From Acidimicrobiaceae bacterium (lineage in GTDB: Bacteria; Actinomycetota; Acidimicrobiia; Acidimicrobiales; Palsa-688), in the NCBI GenBank assembly GCA_030838025.1, contig JAUTXM010000392.1:1-43855 (forward strand): DNA of 43,855 nt, given 5' to 3'. The notes beneath the pieces were generated by a model. That model made no database searches, had not been told where the DNA came from, and was given only the letters and a program-made list of their open reading frames with translations. Below are positions 17,421-25,363 of this stretch, in pieces (within the stretch, counting starts at the first letter, position 1; each line of letters begins with the position of its first letter). Position numbers and translations under genes: made by a program.

Positions 17421-18734
17421 TTAACTCCCAGGTTCCCAGGGCCCGTCGAACTCGGATGCGGCCGTTTCCCCCCTAACAGCATCGGGCAATCGTAATCTAC
17501 CCGGCACGGGTGCATTGTCCCCCGGGGCGGCCGTCGGGCCCATGGGTGTTCTCGCCCGAGCCTGAGCGGGCTCGTCGATCGTGCCCGCTAGGCGGTCCAA
17601 CAGCGCCAGCCACGCCGCGGCCACGGTGTCGAAGGTGTGGCGCTGGGCGACGAACGCCCGCCCGCGTTCGCCGTACGCCGTCCGTTCTTCCGGAGGGAGC
17701 GACGCCAGCCGTACCATTCCGCTCGCCAGCGCGATCGGATCCTGTGGTTGGACGAGCAGGCCGGTTTGTCCGTCGTCGACCAGTTCGGCGGTACCGCCGA
17801 CTCGGGTGGCGACAACCGGCCGCCCGGCCGCCATGGCCTCCATCACGACGTTGGGCAAACCCTCCCACGCCGATGACTGCACCAAGGCGTCACAAGCGGC
17901 CAGCAGCTCGGGGACATCGTTTCTGATGCCAAGGAATCGAACCGCGGCACCCAACCCCAGGTCCGAAGCTTGGGCGTCAAGTTCCGCGAGCAGTCGCCCG
18001 CCACCTGCGATCCACAGGACCGCGTCTGGCCGGCCTCGCCGCTCTTGCCGGTAGCGGGAGAACGCCTTGAGCAACGTCGGGAGGTCCTTCTGTGGTTCCA
18101 ACCGGGCAACGGTGAGCCACACGAATGTCGACGGTCCGACGTCGAGGTCGGCGCGGACACGGTGGCGCTCGGTCGCGGCGCGGCGAAAGATGCTGGGGTC
18201 CAACCCGTTGGGAACGACCTGCAGGCGGCCACGGGGGACGATTCTGCGGTGGATCAGGCTCTCGGCGACGATGGCTGAGTTGGTCGTGGTGAGGGTGGCC
18301 AGCCGGTCGGTCGCCCGCAGGACCAGTTCGCGATGGCGACCACCGAGGCGTTCACTGCGAACGGAGGAAACCACCACGGGCACTCGCGCCAGGCGCCCCC
18401 CTACCCGGGACACCACGTTGGCCTGGTACAGGAAGCTGAGCACGATATCGGGCTGCCATTGCCGGAGGACCCGGTTGGCGAACGCGATGTAGCTCAGCGC
18501 CCGGAGTCGGGAACGATTCGGCGCATGGGCGACTGGGATGCCGAGGGCCGCGACCTCGTCGGCGTAGGCCCACGTGGGTAGGAGCGAGAGGATACCGACC
18601 TCGTCACCTCGGGCCACCAGCCGAGTTGCGAGCCGCACCAGCTGGGCTTCCGCGCCACCGACCATGAGGTGATTGGTGGCCAGCACGATACGGCGGGGCC
18701 GCCGCGGCTCGGGTGGGCCGTCTGCCGTCACCAT
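17421..18734 (-). CDS. glycosyltransferase family 4
   Basis: RIVLATNHLMVGGAEAQLVRLA and SSAWEGLPNVVMEAMAAGRPVVATRVGG. An Ala/Pro-rich C-terminal extension of about 60 aa follows. Confidence 0.85.
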   Translation of the reverse strand: MVTADGPPEPRRPRRIVLATNHLMVGGAEAQLVRLATRLVARGDEVGILSLLPTWAYADEVAALGIPVAHAPNRSRLRALSYIAFANRVLRQWQPDIVLSFLYQANVVSRVGGRLARVPVVVSSVRSERLGGRHRELVLRATDRLATLTTTNSAIVAESLIHRRIVPRGRLQVVPNGLDPSIFRRAATERHRVRADLDVGPSTFVWLTVARLEPQKDLPTLLKAFSRYRQERRGRPDAVLWIAGGGRLLAELDAQASDLGLGAAVRFLGIRNDVPELLAACDALVQSSAWEGLPNVVMEAMAAGRPVVATRVGGTAELVDDGQTGLLVQPQDPIALASGMVRLASLPPEERTAYGERGRAFVAQRHTFDTVAAAWLALLDRLAGTIDEPAQARARTPMGPTAAPGDNAPVPGRLRLPDAVRGETAASEFDGPWEPGS

Positions 18735-18812
18735 GGACGATAGAATACGAGACGGTCACTCCGAGCCGGCGAAGGCCGAAGGTGCTGTCGTCAGCGATCT
18801 CCCGCTACGAGG

Positions 18813-19196
18813 TCAGGAGGGTTCGGGAACGTTGTACGATGACGTGTTGCCCTTGCAGTCGAGGATCTGCACACGGGTCGGGTCGCTATTGCTGGGGTAG
18901 CTGAAACCCACCCTGTCAGTCGTCGGAGCGGTGCAGCTGAAGTGGAGCACCTTCACGACCGCTCCGGTCTGCTTGTCGGTCACACGGATCCGGGCGATCC
19001 CGCCGTTGTCGGTGGCGGTGCAGTGGACCTGTCCTGTGCTCACCGATGAGTTGCAGTTGAGTGACTGATTCGGGTTCGGAACCAACGCCCCGGCCGGTAC
19101 CGCCGACGCGAACGCAACGGTCATAATGCTCACAGCGAAGAAAACAGCCAATCTTCTAACCACGATCCCCCTCGTTTCATTCATTGAGTGTGACAC
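18813..19196 (-). CDS. hypothetical small secreted protein (4 Cys)
   Basis: Signal-like N-terminus RRLAVFFAVSIMTVAFASAVPAGA. The mature part is about 90 aa with 4 Cys. The flanks are locally AT-richer. No family recognised. Confidence 0.45.
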   Translation of the reverse strand: MSHSMNETRGIVVRRLAVFFAVSIMTVAFASAVPAGALVPNPNQSLNCNSSVSTGQVHCTATDNGGIARIRVTDKQTGAVVKVLHFSCTAPTTDRVGFSYPSNSDPTRVQILDCKGNTSSYNVPEPS

Positions 19197-19317
19197 TATT
19201 TACAAGTGCGAGTCGAAGTATAGGCCCTGAAATCGCCCTGAGACAGGTCCATTTGGATAAAGCTGCCATTTACCCCTCGGAGTCTAATGACGGTGGCGCA
19301 CGTCACGACTCGGTGGG

Positions 19318-21303
19318 CTATCGGGCTGTCGTCACCGGCGCCGGGCCACACGCGGGCGAGTTCCCGGTCGCCGACGAAGCTTGGACGAGGTAGTAGTAGG
19401 TGGTATTCGGTGTCAGGCCACTGTCGGCGAATCGCGGTTTCGCGGGACTACCAACGAGATAAAATGGCCCGCTGGCAGCGTTGGCCCGCAAGACGAGGTA
19501 GCCCGTGGCTCGGGCGGCCTTGTTCCAGTTGAGCTGAACCCGCGTGCTCGAGACGACAGTGACGACCAAACCGGTCGGAGCATCTGGCGGCGGTATGCCG
19601 GTTGCGATCACGGCGTTCGAGGGCGACGATTCGGCGCCACTTCCGACCGCGTTGGTCGCGTGCACGGTGAACACGTACGTGGTCCCGGCCTGCAGATGAG
19701 GGACGACGAGCGGGCTTGTGGTCCCTGTCACCGCAATCCTTCCGGGGCTCGATGTGACGGTATAGCCGGTGACGGGACTCCCCCCGTCATCGAGTGCCGG
19801 AGAGAAGGACACGGTCGCTTGGGCTAAGCGAACCGTGGCGATGCCCATCGGAGGAGCGCTGGGCACCTTGGGGTTCGCGATCGCCACGGCACAGGCCGGC
19901 TGTACCACTCCGACTGTCGTCTTCAGGGCATCGGAGGGCCATAGGAACATGCCGTTGCAGCTCACGGTGCTGGCCGAGTACGTCACGGCCCAGCTGTCCT
20001 GGCTCTCCCGGCCGAAGGCCTGGAACGAAGCTCCAGAGCTCCAAAGACCCTTCTGGTCGAGATTCGGGTCCTGGGCATGGGTGCCGCCAAGAACGGTCAC
20101 GTTGGAGATCGTGCTGTTGATGAAGCTCCCGCGTCTGTCGGCGGGAATTCCCTCGTCGATGGCCTCCACGACTCCCTGGTAACAGGATGAAGCCTGCACG
20201 TGGGAGACGTGCACGTCGATGTTGGTTTGAAAATGGGGGGCAAACGCGACGGCACGGTTGCAGTTCACCGCGGCCACATCGTCAGCGAGGACGGAACGGA
20301 CCTCGGAGCCGAACTTCACCTGGTTGGAGTTGTCGGTCTCGATCCGCAGCGCACTGCCGCCTTGCGTGAAGATATGGCTCAGAGAAATGTTATGGGCCGA
20401 GTTGACCTGATTGGGCCCATACCCCCTCGGGCTGTGCACGTTGTACCAGTTGGCAATTGTGCCGTTGTGGGGGTCATAGAACTGGGACTTGTCCACCGGG
20501 GAGTCGCTACGTGCTCGTAGTTCGAGTGCGGCCTTGCGGGAGCTCGGCCACCAGCCGGCGTTAGTCGTGGGGCTTACGGTCGGTTGGAAATCGTTCTGTA
20601 TCGAGAACACATTCGTAATCAGAAAACCGTCGACGTTCATGGCCATGACGCCGGCGACCAGGTTGTTGGCATTGGTGGCCTGTGGGTCGAGGTTGAAAGT
20701 GAAGCTGTTGGCGATCGACCATCCTGGAGTCACTGGGTCGGCCACGGACTTCGCACCGCCTGTCGCACTGCCGACACCTGTGAGGGAGACATTCCTGAGC
20801 GGTGCACCGGGCAGGCCGTCCCACAGGATGAGGCTCGGGCCAGGCGAGGAATACCCCGGCGGAGACGTAGCGCCCCTGCCACCAGCCTGTTCCAACAACG
20901 CCGCGGCGTCGACCTCCATCCGCATGTTGTTCGGGAAGGTCAGATTGAGTAGGCGATATGTGCCCGCGGGAACGTAGACGACACCCTGTGCCGCCCCACT
21001 CGGCCCATTGGCATACCGCACGCGTCCTGCTTGGTTGGCCGCGGCCATGGCGGCCGCGAACGCCGCGGTGTCGTCTCCCGTACCGGTGCCGAGTGCTCCG
21101 AAGTCACGGACGTTGGCGGCGCCGGTCGTCGGCGCGGTCGCCGGCACCGCCGACGAAACCGACGAAACCGACGGGAGTGATGGTGCTGCGACAGCGGCGG
21201 AGAGAGACGAAGCCGCGAGCGTGCCCGTCGTGACGGCGCACAACACCGCGAACACGACGGCGCGACACTGGACGCGCCAATGGCTCACACTCAGGCGGCG
21301 CAT
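19318..21303 (-). CDS. secreted beta-helix protein (pectate-lyase superfamily), paralog 3, with two C-terminal fibronectin type III domains
   Basis: Signal-like N-terminus and NVRDFGALGDGTGDDTAAF. The core is colinear with paralogs 1 and 2. The C-terminus has two FN3-like modules (...GGSPVTGYTVTS...TTYVFTVHATNAVG... and ...LNWNKAARATGYLVLR...NTTYYYLVQA...). Confidence 0.85.
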   Translation of the reverse strand: MRRLSVSHWRVQCRAVVFAVLCAVTTGTLAASSLSAAVAAPSLPSVSSVSSAVPATAPTTGAANVRDFGALGTGTGDDTAAFAAAMAAANQAGRVRYANGPSGAAQGVVYVPAGTYRLLNLTFPNNMRMEVDAAALLEQAGGRGATSPPGYSSPGPSLILWDGLPGAPLRNVSLTGVGSATGGAKSVADPVTPGWSIANSFTFNLDPQATNANNLVAGVMAMNVDGFLITNVFSIQNDFQPTVSPTTNAGWWPSSRKAALELRARSDSPVDKSQFYDPHNGTIANWYNVHSPRGYGPNQVNSAHNISLSHIFTQGGSALRIETDNSNQVKFGSEVRSVLADDVAAVNCNRAVAFAPHFQTNIDVHVSHVQASSCYQGVVEAIDEGIPADRRGSFINSTISNVTVLGGTHAQDPNLDQKGLWSSGASFQAFGRESQDSWAVTYSASTVSCNGMFLWPSDALKTTVGVVQPACAVAIANPKVPSAPPMGIATVRLAQATVSFSPALDDGGSPVTGYTVTSSPGRIAVTGTTSPLVVPHLQAGTTYVFTVHATNAVGSGAESSPSNAVIATGIPPPDAPTGLVVTVVSSTRVQLNWNKAARATGYLVLRANAASGPFYLVGSPAKPRFADSGLTPNTTYYYLVQASSATGNSPACGPAPVTTAR

Positions 21304-21387
21304 TGGTCGAGCCCCTCCTTCGGCGTCAACCGGTTGATGTTTGGAATAAGGCCCCCCCGGCCTCGTTTGGTAGGGTGCTCGCGCTTC

Positions 21388-21458
21388 GCGAGCGTAGTTC
21401 AGCGGCAGAACATCAGCTTCCCAAGCTGAGAACGCGGGTTCGATTCCCGTCGCTCGCT
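21388..21458 (+). tRNA. tRNA-Gly (anticodon CCC)
   Basis: Folded by hand. Acceptor GCGAGCG/CGCTCGC, D stem GTTC/GAAC, anticodon stem TCAGC/GCTGA with loop TTCCCAA, T arm GCGGG-TTCGATT-CCCGT, discriminator T. CCA is not encoded. Confidence 0.9.
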
Positions 21459-21489
21459 CGCTCTGCTCTCCCCCTGGTATTCAACAAAT

Positions 21490-22491
21490 TCAGCGGGTCG
21501 CGTCGACGATGTAATACGCAGCCAGGTTGTGGCGCTCGCTCCGGCGAACCCACTCTTCGTACAGCAGATAGGCCGCCCGGAGGCGACGGGAGAAGCCCAA
21601 GTAGGTAGCGCCCCGGTGCAGAGGCGTCACCGTAAGCTCCGTCCAGCCGCTGAGATCGGTCACGACTGCGTCGTACCAGCAGCGGTCGTAGTAGGTCGGG
21701 AAGATCTGATCCGGCCGTTTCCGAAGTGTGACACGAAGAACTGCTTTGGCCGCGGAGTGCGGGATGAACCGGTTGGCCAGCCCGAACAGGGTACGACGAC
21801 CCGAGAACTGGGCGATTAGGCGCCCACCGGGCCGCAGAAACTCGTGGACGTTGTCGAAGGAGCGCTGCAGTGAACTCACATGTTCGAATACCTGAAAGCT
21901 GATCGCCAAGTCAACCCGCCCTAGAAGCGAGTCCGCGGGTGACGTGACATCGGCCACGACCACCTCGTCGTAGGATCCCGGCGGCGCCAGCTCGAGCTCG
22001 CGAGCCGACACGTCGAGCCCGATGTAATAGCTGTCGGCTGGGCGTTCTGCGGGGGGAATCGATGGATGGCGACCCGAACCGATGTCGAGGACAGTCATAC
22101 CCGGGCGGAGGGCGTCTCGGATCATCGACTGGAAGGTGTGATTGAGTTTTGTCCGATATGGCCCCGGCATTTCGCCACGTAACGACCGCTTTGCCACGTC
22201 CCAGGAGGAAGGGGAATCAGAGACACGCTTATTGGCGGGGGAGACGGGCGTCAACGGTGACCCCGGCATCGCGCAGATCGCTTCGATCGCATAGGCCTCA
22301 TCCAGCTTAGACTCGGGTACCGCCGATACCTCGAGTCGGAGGTTGTGACCGCGGCCCGGCTCCGCCATTTCAGCGACAATCGCGGGCGCCACCTTGACCC
22401 TGCAGATCTCGGCCGCGCCAGGGCTCAAAGGAGTTCCGTCGCCGCCGGGCCCCCCTGCCCAGCTCCCGCGGACCCGGGGATCGAACCTCAC
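21490..22491 (-). CDS. class I SAM-dependent methyltransferase
   Basis: VLDIGSGRHP (motif I), YIGLDVS, and FQVFEHVSSL...FLRPGGRLIAQF. The first ~40-100 listed residues are low-complexity, so the start is uncertain (for example ATG 22368, MAEPGRG...). Confidence 0.7.
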   Translation of the reverse strand: MRFDPRVRGSWAGGPGGDGTPLSPGAAEICRVKVAPAIVAEMAEPGRGHNLRLEVSAVPESKLDEAYAIEAICAMPGSPLTPVSPANKRVSDSPSSWDVAKRSLRGEMPGPYRTKLNHTFQSMIRDALRPGMTVLDIGSGRHPSIPPAERPADSYYIGLDVSARELELAPPGSYDEVVVADVTSPADSLLGRVDLAISFQVFEHVSSLQRSFDNVHEFLRPGGRLIAQFSGRRTLFGLANRFIPHSAAKAVLRVTLRKRPDQIFPTYYDRCWYDAVVTDLSGWTELTVTPLHRGATYLGFSRRLRAAYLLYEEWVRRSERHNLAAYYIVDATR

Positions 22492-22495
22492 CGAT

Positions 22496-23074
22496 CTAAT
22501 ACTTGTAGGCGGTCGTCGTCGATGCGCCCGTGGTGGTCGACGAGCCGGTGGCCGTCGGCTCGACCGGCGTGCCTGCCGGGGTCAGGGTCTTCCAGGTTCC
22601 GCCGAAGCTGACGATGCCCTCGCCGTGCGCCTGGCCGGATGCGCTGTCGTGGGAAAAGGTGTACAGCGGCCAGCCGGCATACGTGACGTAGAGGCTGCCC
22701 GATGCGCCCTTGACGGTACCCAGCTTCGAGCTGTCGACCCCGCTTCCGGCGGTCGCCGAGGTGACGCCGGCGGGCAACTCGGTATCGGGCCAAACCTTGG
22801 TGCACCCATTGTCATCGGTACAGGTCAATTTTCCCCCCGCCTCGGAGCTCAGGAGGTACAGAGTCATCCCGTCGCCATTGACCAGCACGGTCCCCACCCC
22901 AGGAACGTCGGTCGCCGCGATCGTGATGCCTTTGGGGGCCGCTCCCGTCGTCGACGTCGCCGAGGACGCCTTGGTGGAGGATGAACTTCCGCAGGCGGCC
23001 AGGACCAGCGTTGTGACACCGGCCAGGCCGCCGATCGCCAACCGGGTGCGGCGGTGACGGGGGGATAGGCGCAT
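22496..23074 (-). CDS. lipoprotein with two 'secreted repeat of unknown function' modules (COG4315/PF03640-like)
   Basis: Lipobox LVLAAC after a basic N-terminus. Two repeats of the G..LY.....D / GWPLYTFS.D type are present. Confidence 0.75.
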   Translation of the reverse strand: MRLSPRHRRTRLAIGGLAGVTTLVLAACGSSSSTKASSATSTTGAAPKGITIAATDVPGVGTVLVNGDGMTLYLLSSEAGGKLTCTDDNGCTKVWPDTELPAGVTSATAGSGVDSSKLGTVKGASGSLYVTYAGWPLYTFSHDSASGQAHGEGIVSFGGTWKTLTPAGTPVEPTATGSSTTTGASTTTAYKY

Positions 23075-23186
23075 CGATCGACTCCCTCTCTCGTTGACCT
23101 TCGATGTTTCTTACGTGCGAGGTGGTCGCCGGGATTGCATTTGCGCTGATATGCCCCGATGGCCGTGAGCGAGGCAAGCTGGCGGG

Positions 23187-24053
23187 ATGGACTTCCGGGA
23201 TCTGAGCCGGTGGGTCCGGGGCAGCGGCCTGCAGATAGTCATGATCGCCATTGGAGCCGCCCTCGTCGGTCGGTTCATCCACTGGGTCGGGGCCCGGTAT
23301 CGCAAGCACATCGACGACGAGGTCCGGGACCAGATCGAAAAGGGCGGAGTCGTCTCCGAGCACGCCAAGCGATCCCGCACCGTCGCCCAGGTGGTGGAGT
23401 GGGCCAGCGAAGTGGTGCTGTACTTCCTGGCCGGGCTGCTCGTCCTCAACCGGGCCGGGATCCCGTTCTCGGGCTTGGTCGCCCCGGCGACGGTGGCGGG
23501 CGCGGCGATCGGCTTCGGGGCCCAGCAGATCGTGCAGGACCTGCTGTCGGGCTTCTTCTTGTTCGCCGAGCGGCAGTTCAGCGTCGGCGACCTGGTCCGC
23601 CTGGCCCAGCCCGGCCAGGCGGGCGGCATCTCGGGCACGGTCGAGGAGCTCACCCTGCGGGTGACCCGGTTGCGCACCGTGCAGGGGGAGTTGGTGTTCA
23701 TTCCCAACGGGGCGCTGCGCCAGGTGACCAATCTCTCGAAGGAGTGGTCGAGGGTGGTCGTCGACATCCCCGTTCCCGCCGACCAGGACATCGAGACGGC
23801 CGTCAGTGTGCTCCGAGAAGTGGCGGCGACGATGGGCCAGGACCCTGAGTGGAAGGGACTCCTGATGGGCGCACCGGTGCTGGCCGGCGTAGAGAACTTC
23901 GAGGTTGGCTACCTGCAACTCCGCCTGATCGCCCGGACCCTGCCGGGCAAGCAGTTCGAGGTGGGTCGGGAACTGCGACTGCGGGCCGCCCTCGCCCTCC
24001 AAGATGCGGGCGTCCGGCCGCCGGCGATCAACGTTCGCCGGGCGGACAGCTGA
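23187..24053 (+). CDS. small-conductance mechanosensitive channel (MscS family)
   Basis: Pore-lining helix GAAIGFGAQQIVQDLLSGFFLFAERQFSVGDLV, followed by a beta domain G.VEELTLRVTRLRT..GELVFIPNG. Confidence 0.9.
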   Translation: MDFRDLSRWVRGSGLQIVMIAIGAALVGRFIHWVGARYRKHIDDEVRDQIEKGGVVSEHAKRSRTVAQVVEWASEVVLYFLAGLLVLNRAGIPFSGLVAPATVAGAAIGFGAQQIVQDLLSGFFLFAERQFSVGDLVRLAQPGQAGGISGTVEELTLRVTRLRTVQGELVFIPNGALRQVTNLSKEWSRVVVDIPVPADQDIETAVSVLREVAATMGQDPEWKGLLMGAPVLAGVENFEVGYLQLRLIARTLPGKQFEVGRELRLRAALALQDAGVRPPAINVRRADS

Positions 24054-24054
24054 C

Positions 24055-24438
24055 ATGCCCCGCGTGCCGCGCTACATCAAGCTCCCGTTCAAGGTCCGGG
24101 TGCGGCGGTCGACGCTCGTGCTGATTGCGGCGTTCATTGCCGTCTGGATCCTCTACGAAGGGGTGCGTCCGGCGCCGACCAAGCAGACGCTGGTGCCTTA
24201 CGGGCCGGCGCCGGTGGTGACCGTTCCGCCGACGATCCCGGCGCCCCGGACGACGGTTACGCCGCCCAAGGCGACGACAACGACAGTCCCGAGTGGCCTC
24301 TCGACGACGGTCCCGCCCAACGGCACGACCACCAGCTCCCTCCTCCCGGGGGTCTCCACGACGACGTTGGTGCCACCGCCGGGATCGACCACGGCGGTGC
24401 CACCGAGCACACCGAGCACGCCGACGTCGGGGCCTTGA
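24055..24438 (+). CDS. hypothetical membrane-anchored Pro/Thr-rich protein
   Basis: ATG lies 1 nt after the MscS stop. MPRVPRYIKLPFKVRVRRSTLVLIAAFIAVWILY forms a TM segment, then a PT-rich tail. The high-GC low-complexity sequence lowers confidence. Confidence 0.4.
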   Translation: MPRVPRYIKLPFKVRVRRSTLVLIAAFIAVWILYEGVRPAPTKQTLVPYGPAPVVTVPPTIPAPRTTVTPPKATTTTVPSGLSTTVPPNGTTTSSLLPGVSTTTLVPPPGSTTAVPPSTPSTPTSGP

Positions 24439-24453
24439 GCGGCCGTCCAGTCA

Positions 24454-24547
24454 GCGGTTGGGTCGAGCCGGCGGTTGGTCGAGCCGGCGTGGTGGAGCCG
24501 GCGTGCCTGTCAGCCGGCGTGCCTGTCAGTCGTCGTGGTCGAGCCGT
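24454..24547. repeat. degenerate ~15-17 bp tandem repeat (GCGGTTGGTCGAGCCG / GCGTGCCTGTCAGCCG variants, about 6 copies)
   Basis: Read directly from the convergent junction between 24055..24438 (+) and 24526..25350 (-). Confidence 0.6.
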
Positions 24548-25350
24548 CCAGGCTGTCGGTCGTCGGCGCACAGGCAGTCGAGGACCGCATCGTGGATTCG
24601 CCCGTTGGTCGCCACACCACTGCCACCTGTGCTCGTCGGTCGGCCGGAGAGGTCGGTAAACCTCCCTCCCGCCTCGGCCAGGATCACCGTCATGGGGGCG
24701 AGGTCGTAGCGCTCGGCCGCCGGGTCCACCATGGCGTCCACCCGGCCGGAGGCCACCAGCAAGAACCCGTACCCGTCGCCCCAGGTCCGCAGCACCATTC
24801 CAGCCCGCTTGACCGCCAGCAGCGACGCTTCGTTCCAGGACTCATAGCCGGAACTGCTGCAATAGGCCCCGTCGAGGGTGTCACGGTCGCTGACGCGGGC
24901 CGGGACCCCGTTCAGGAAGCAGCCCCGGCCCCGACCGGCCCACAGCAGCTGCCCAAGGGCAGGAATGTTGACCACTCCCACCGCGCTCCCGTACTCGTCC
25001 TCGATGGCCAGCAGGTTGGCGTAGAGAGGAACGCCGCGGGTGAACGCCTTGGTGCCGTCGATCGGATCGAGAATCCAGGTCCGCCCGCTGGACGACGCCT
25101 GGGACTCTTCCTCCTCGCCGACAATCCCGTCGTCGGGGTGGGCGCGACCGATCTCCACTCGGAGGAAGCGCTCGACCGCCCGGTCGGCCTCGGTCACCGG
25201 TGTGCCGTCACCTTTCTGTTCCACCCGAAGGTCGGTGCGGAACCAACTGAGGCTGAGCTCTCCCGCTCGGCGGACCAACTCGACCGCCTCGCGCAGCACG
25301 TCCGCGTCGACCGGACAGTCGACGAGCGGATCGCCGGGCGCGTCGCTCAC
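24526..25350 (-). CDS. inositol monophosphatase family protein (histidinol-phosphatase HisN-like)
   Basis: DGTPVTEADRAVE, WILDPIDGTKAF (the DPIDGT metal site) and WGDGYGF motifs. Confidence 0.8.
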   Translation of the reverse strand: MSDAPGDPLVDCPVDADVLREAVELVRRAGELSLSWFRTDLRVEQKGDGTPVTEADRAVERFLRVEIGRAHPDDGIVGEEEESQASSSGRTWILDPIDGTKAFTRGVPLYANLLAIEDEYGSAVGVVNIPALGQLLWAGRGRGCFLNGVPARVSDRDTLDGAYCSSSGYESWNEASLLAVKRAGMVLRTWGDGYGFLLVASGRVDAMVDPAAERYDLAPMTVILAEAGGRFTDLSGRPTSTGGSGVATNGRIHDAVLDCLCADDRQPGRLDHDD

Positions 25351-25363
25351 TGCCCGCTGGCTG

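Noticed and set aside
21377-21393. 7-bp hairpin GCTCGCG-ctt-CGCGAGC overlapping the tRNA 5' end, considered as an att-site remnant
   Set aside because: It is simply complementary to the tRNA acceptor 5' arm and does not duplicate the tRNA 3' end. No integrase is nearby, so there is not enough evidence for an integration scar.
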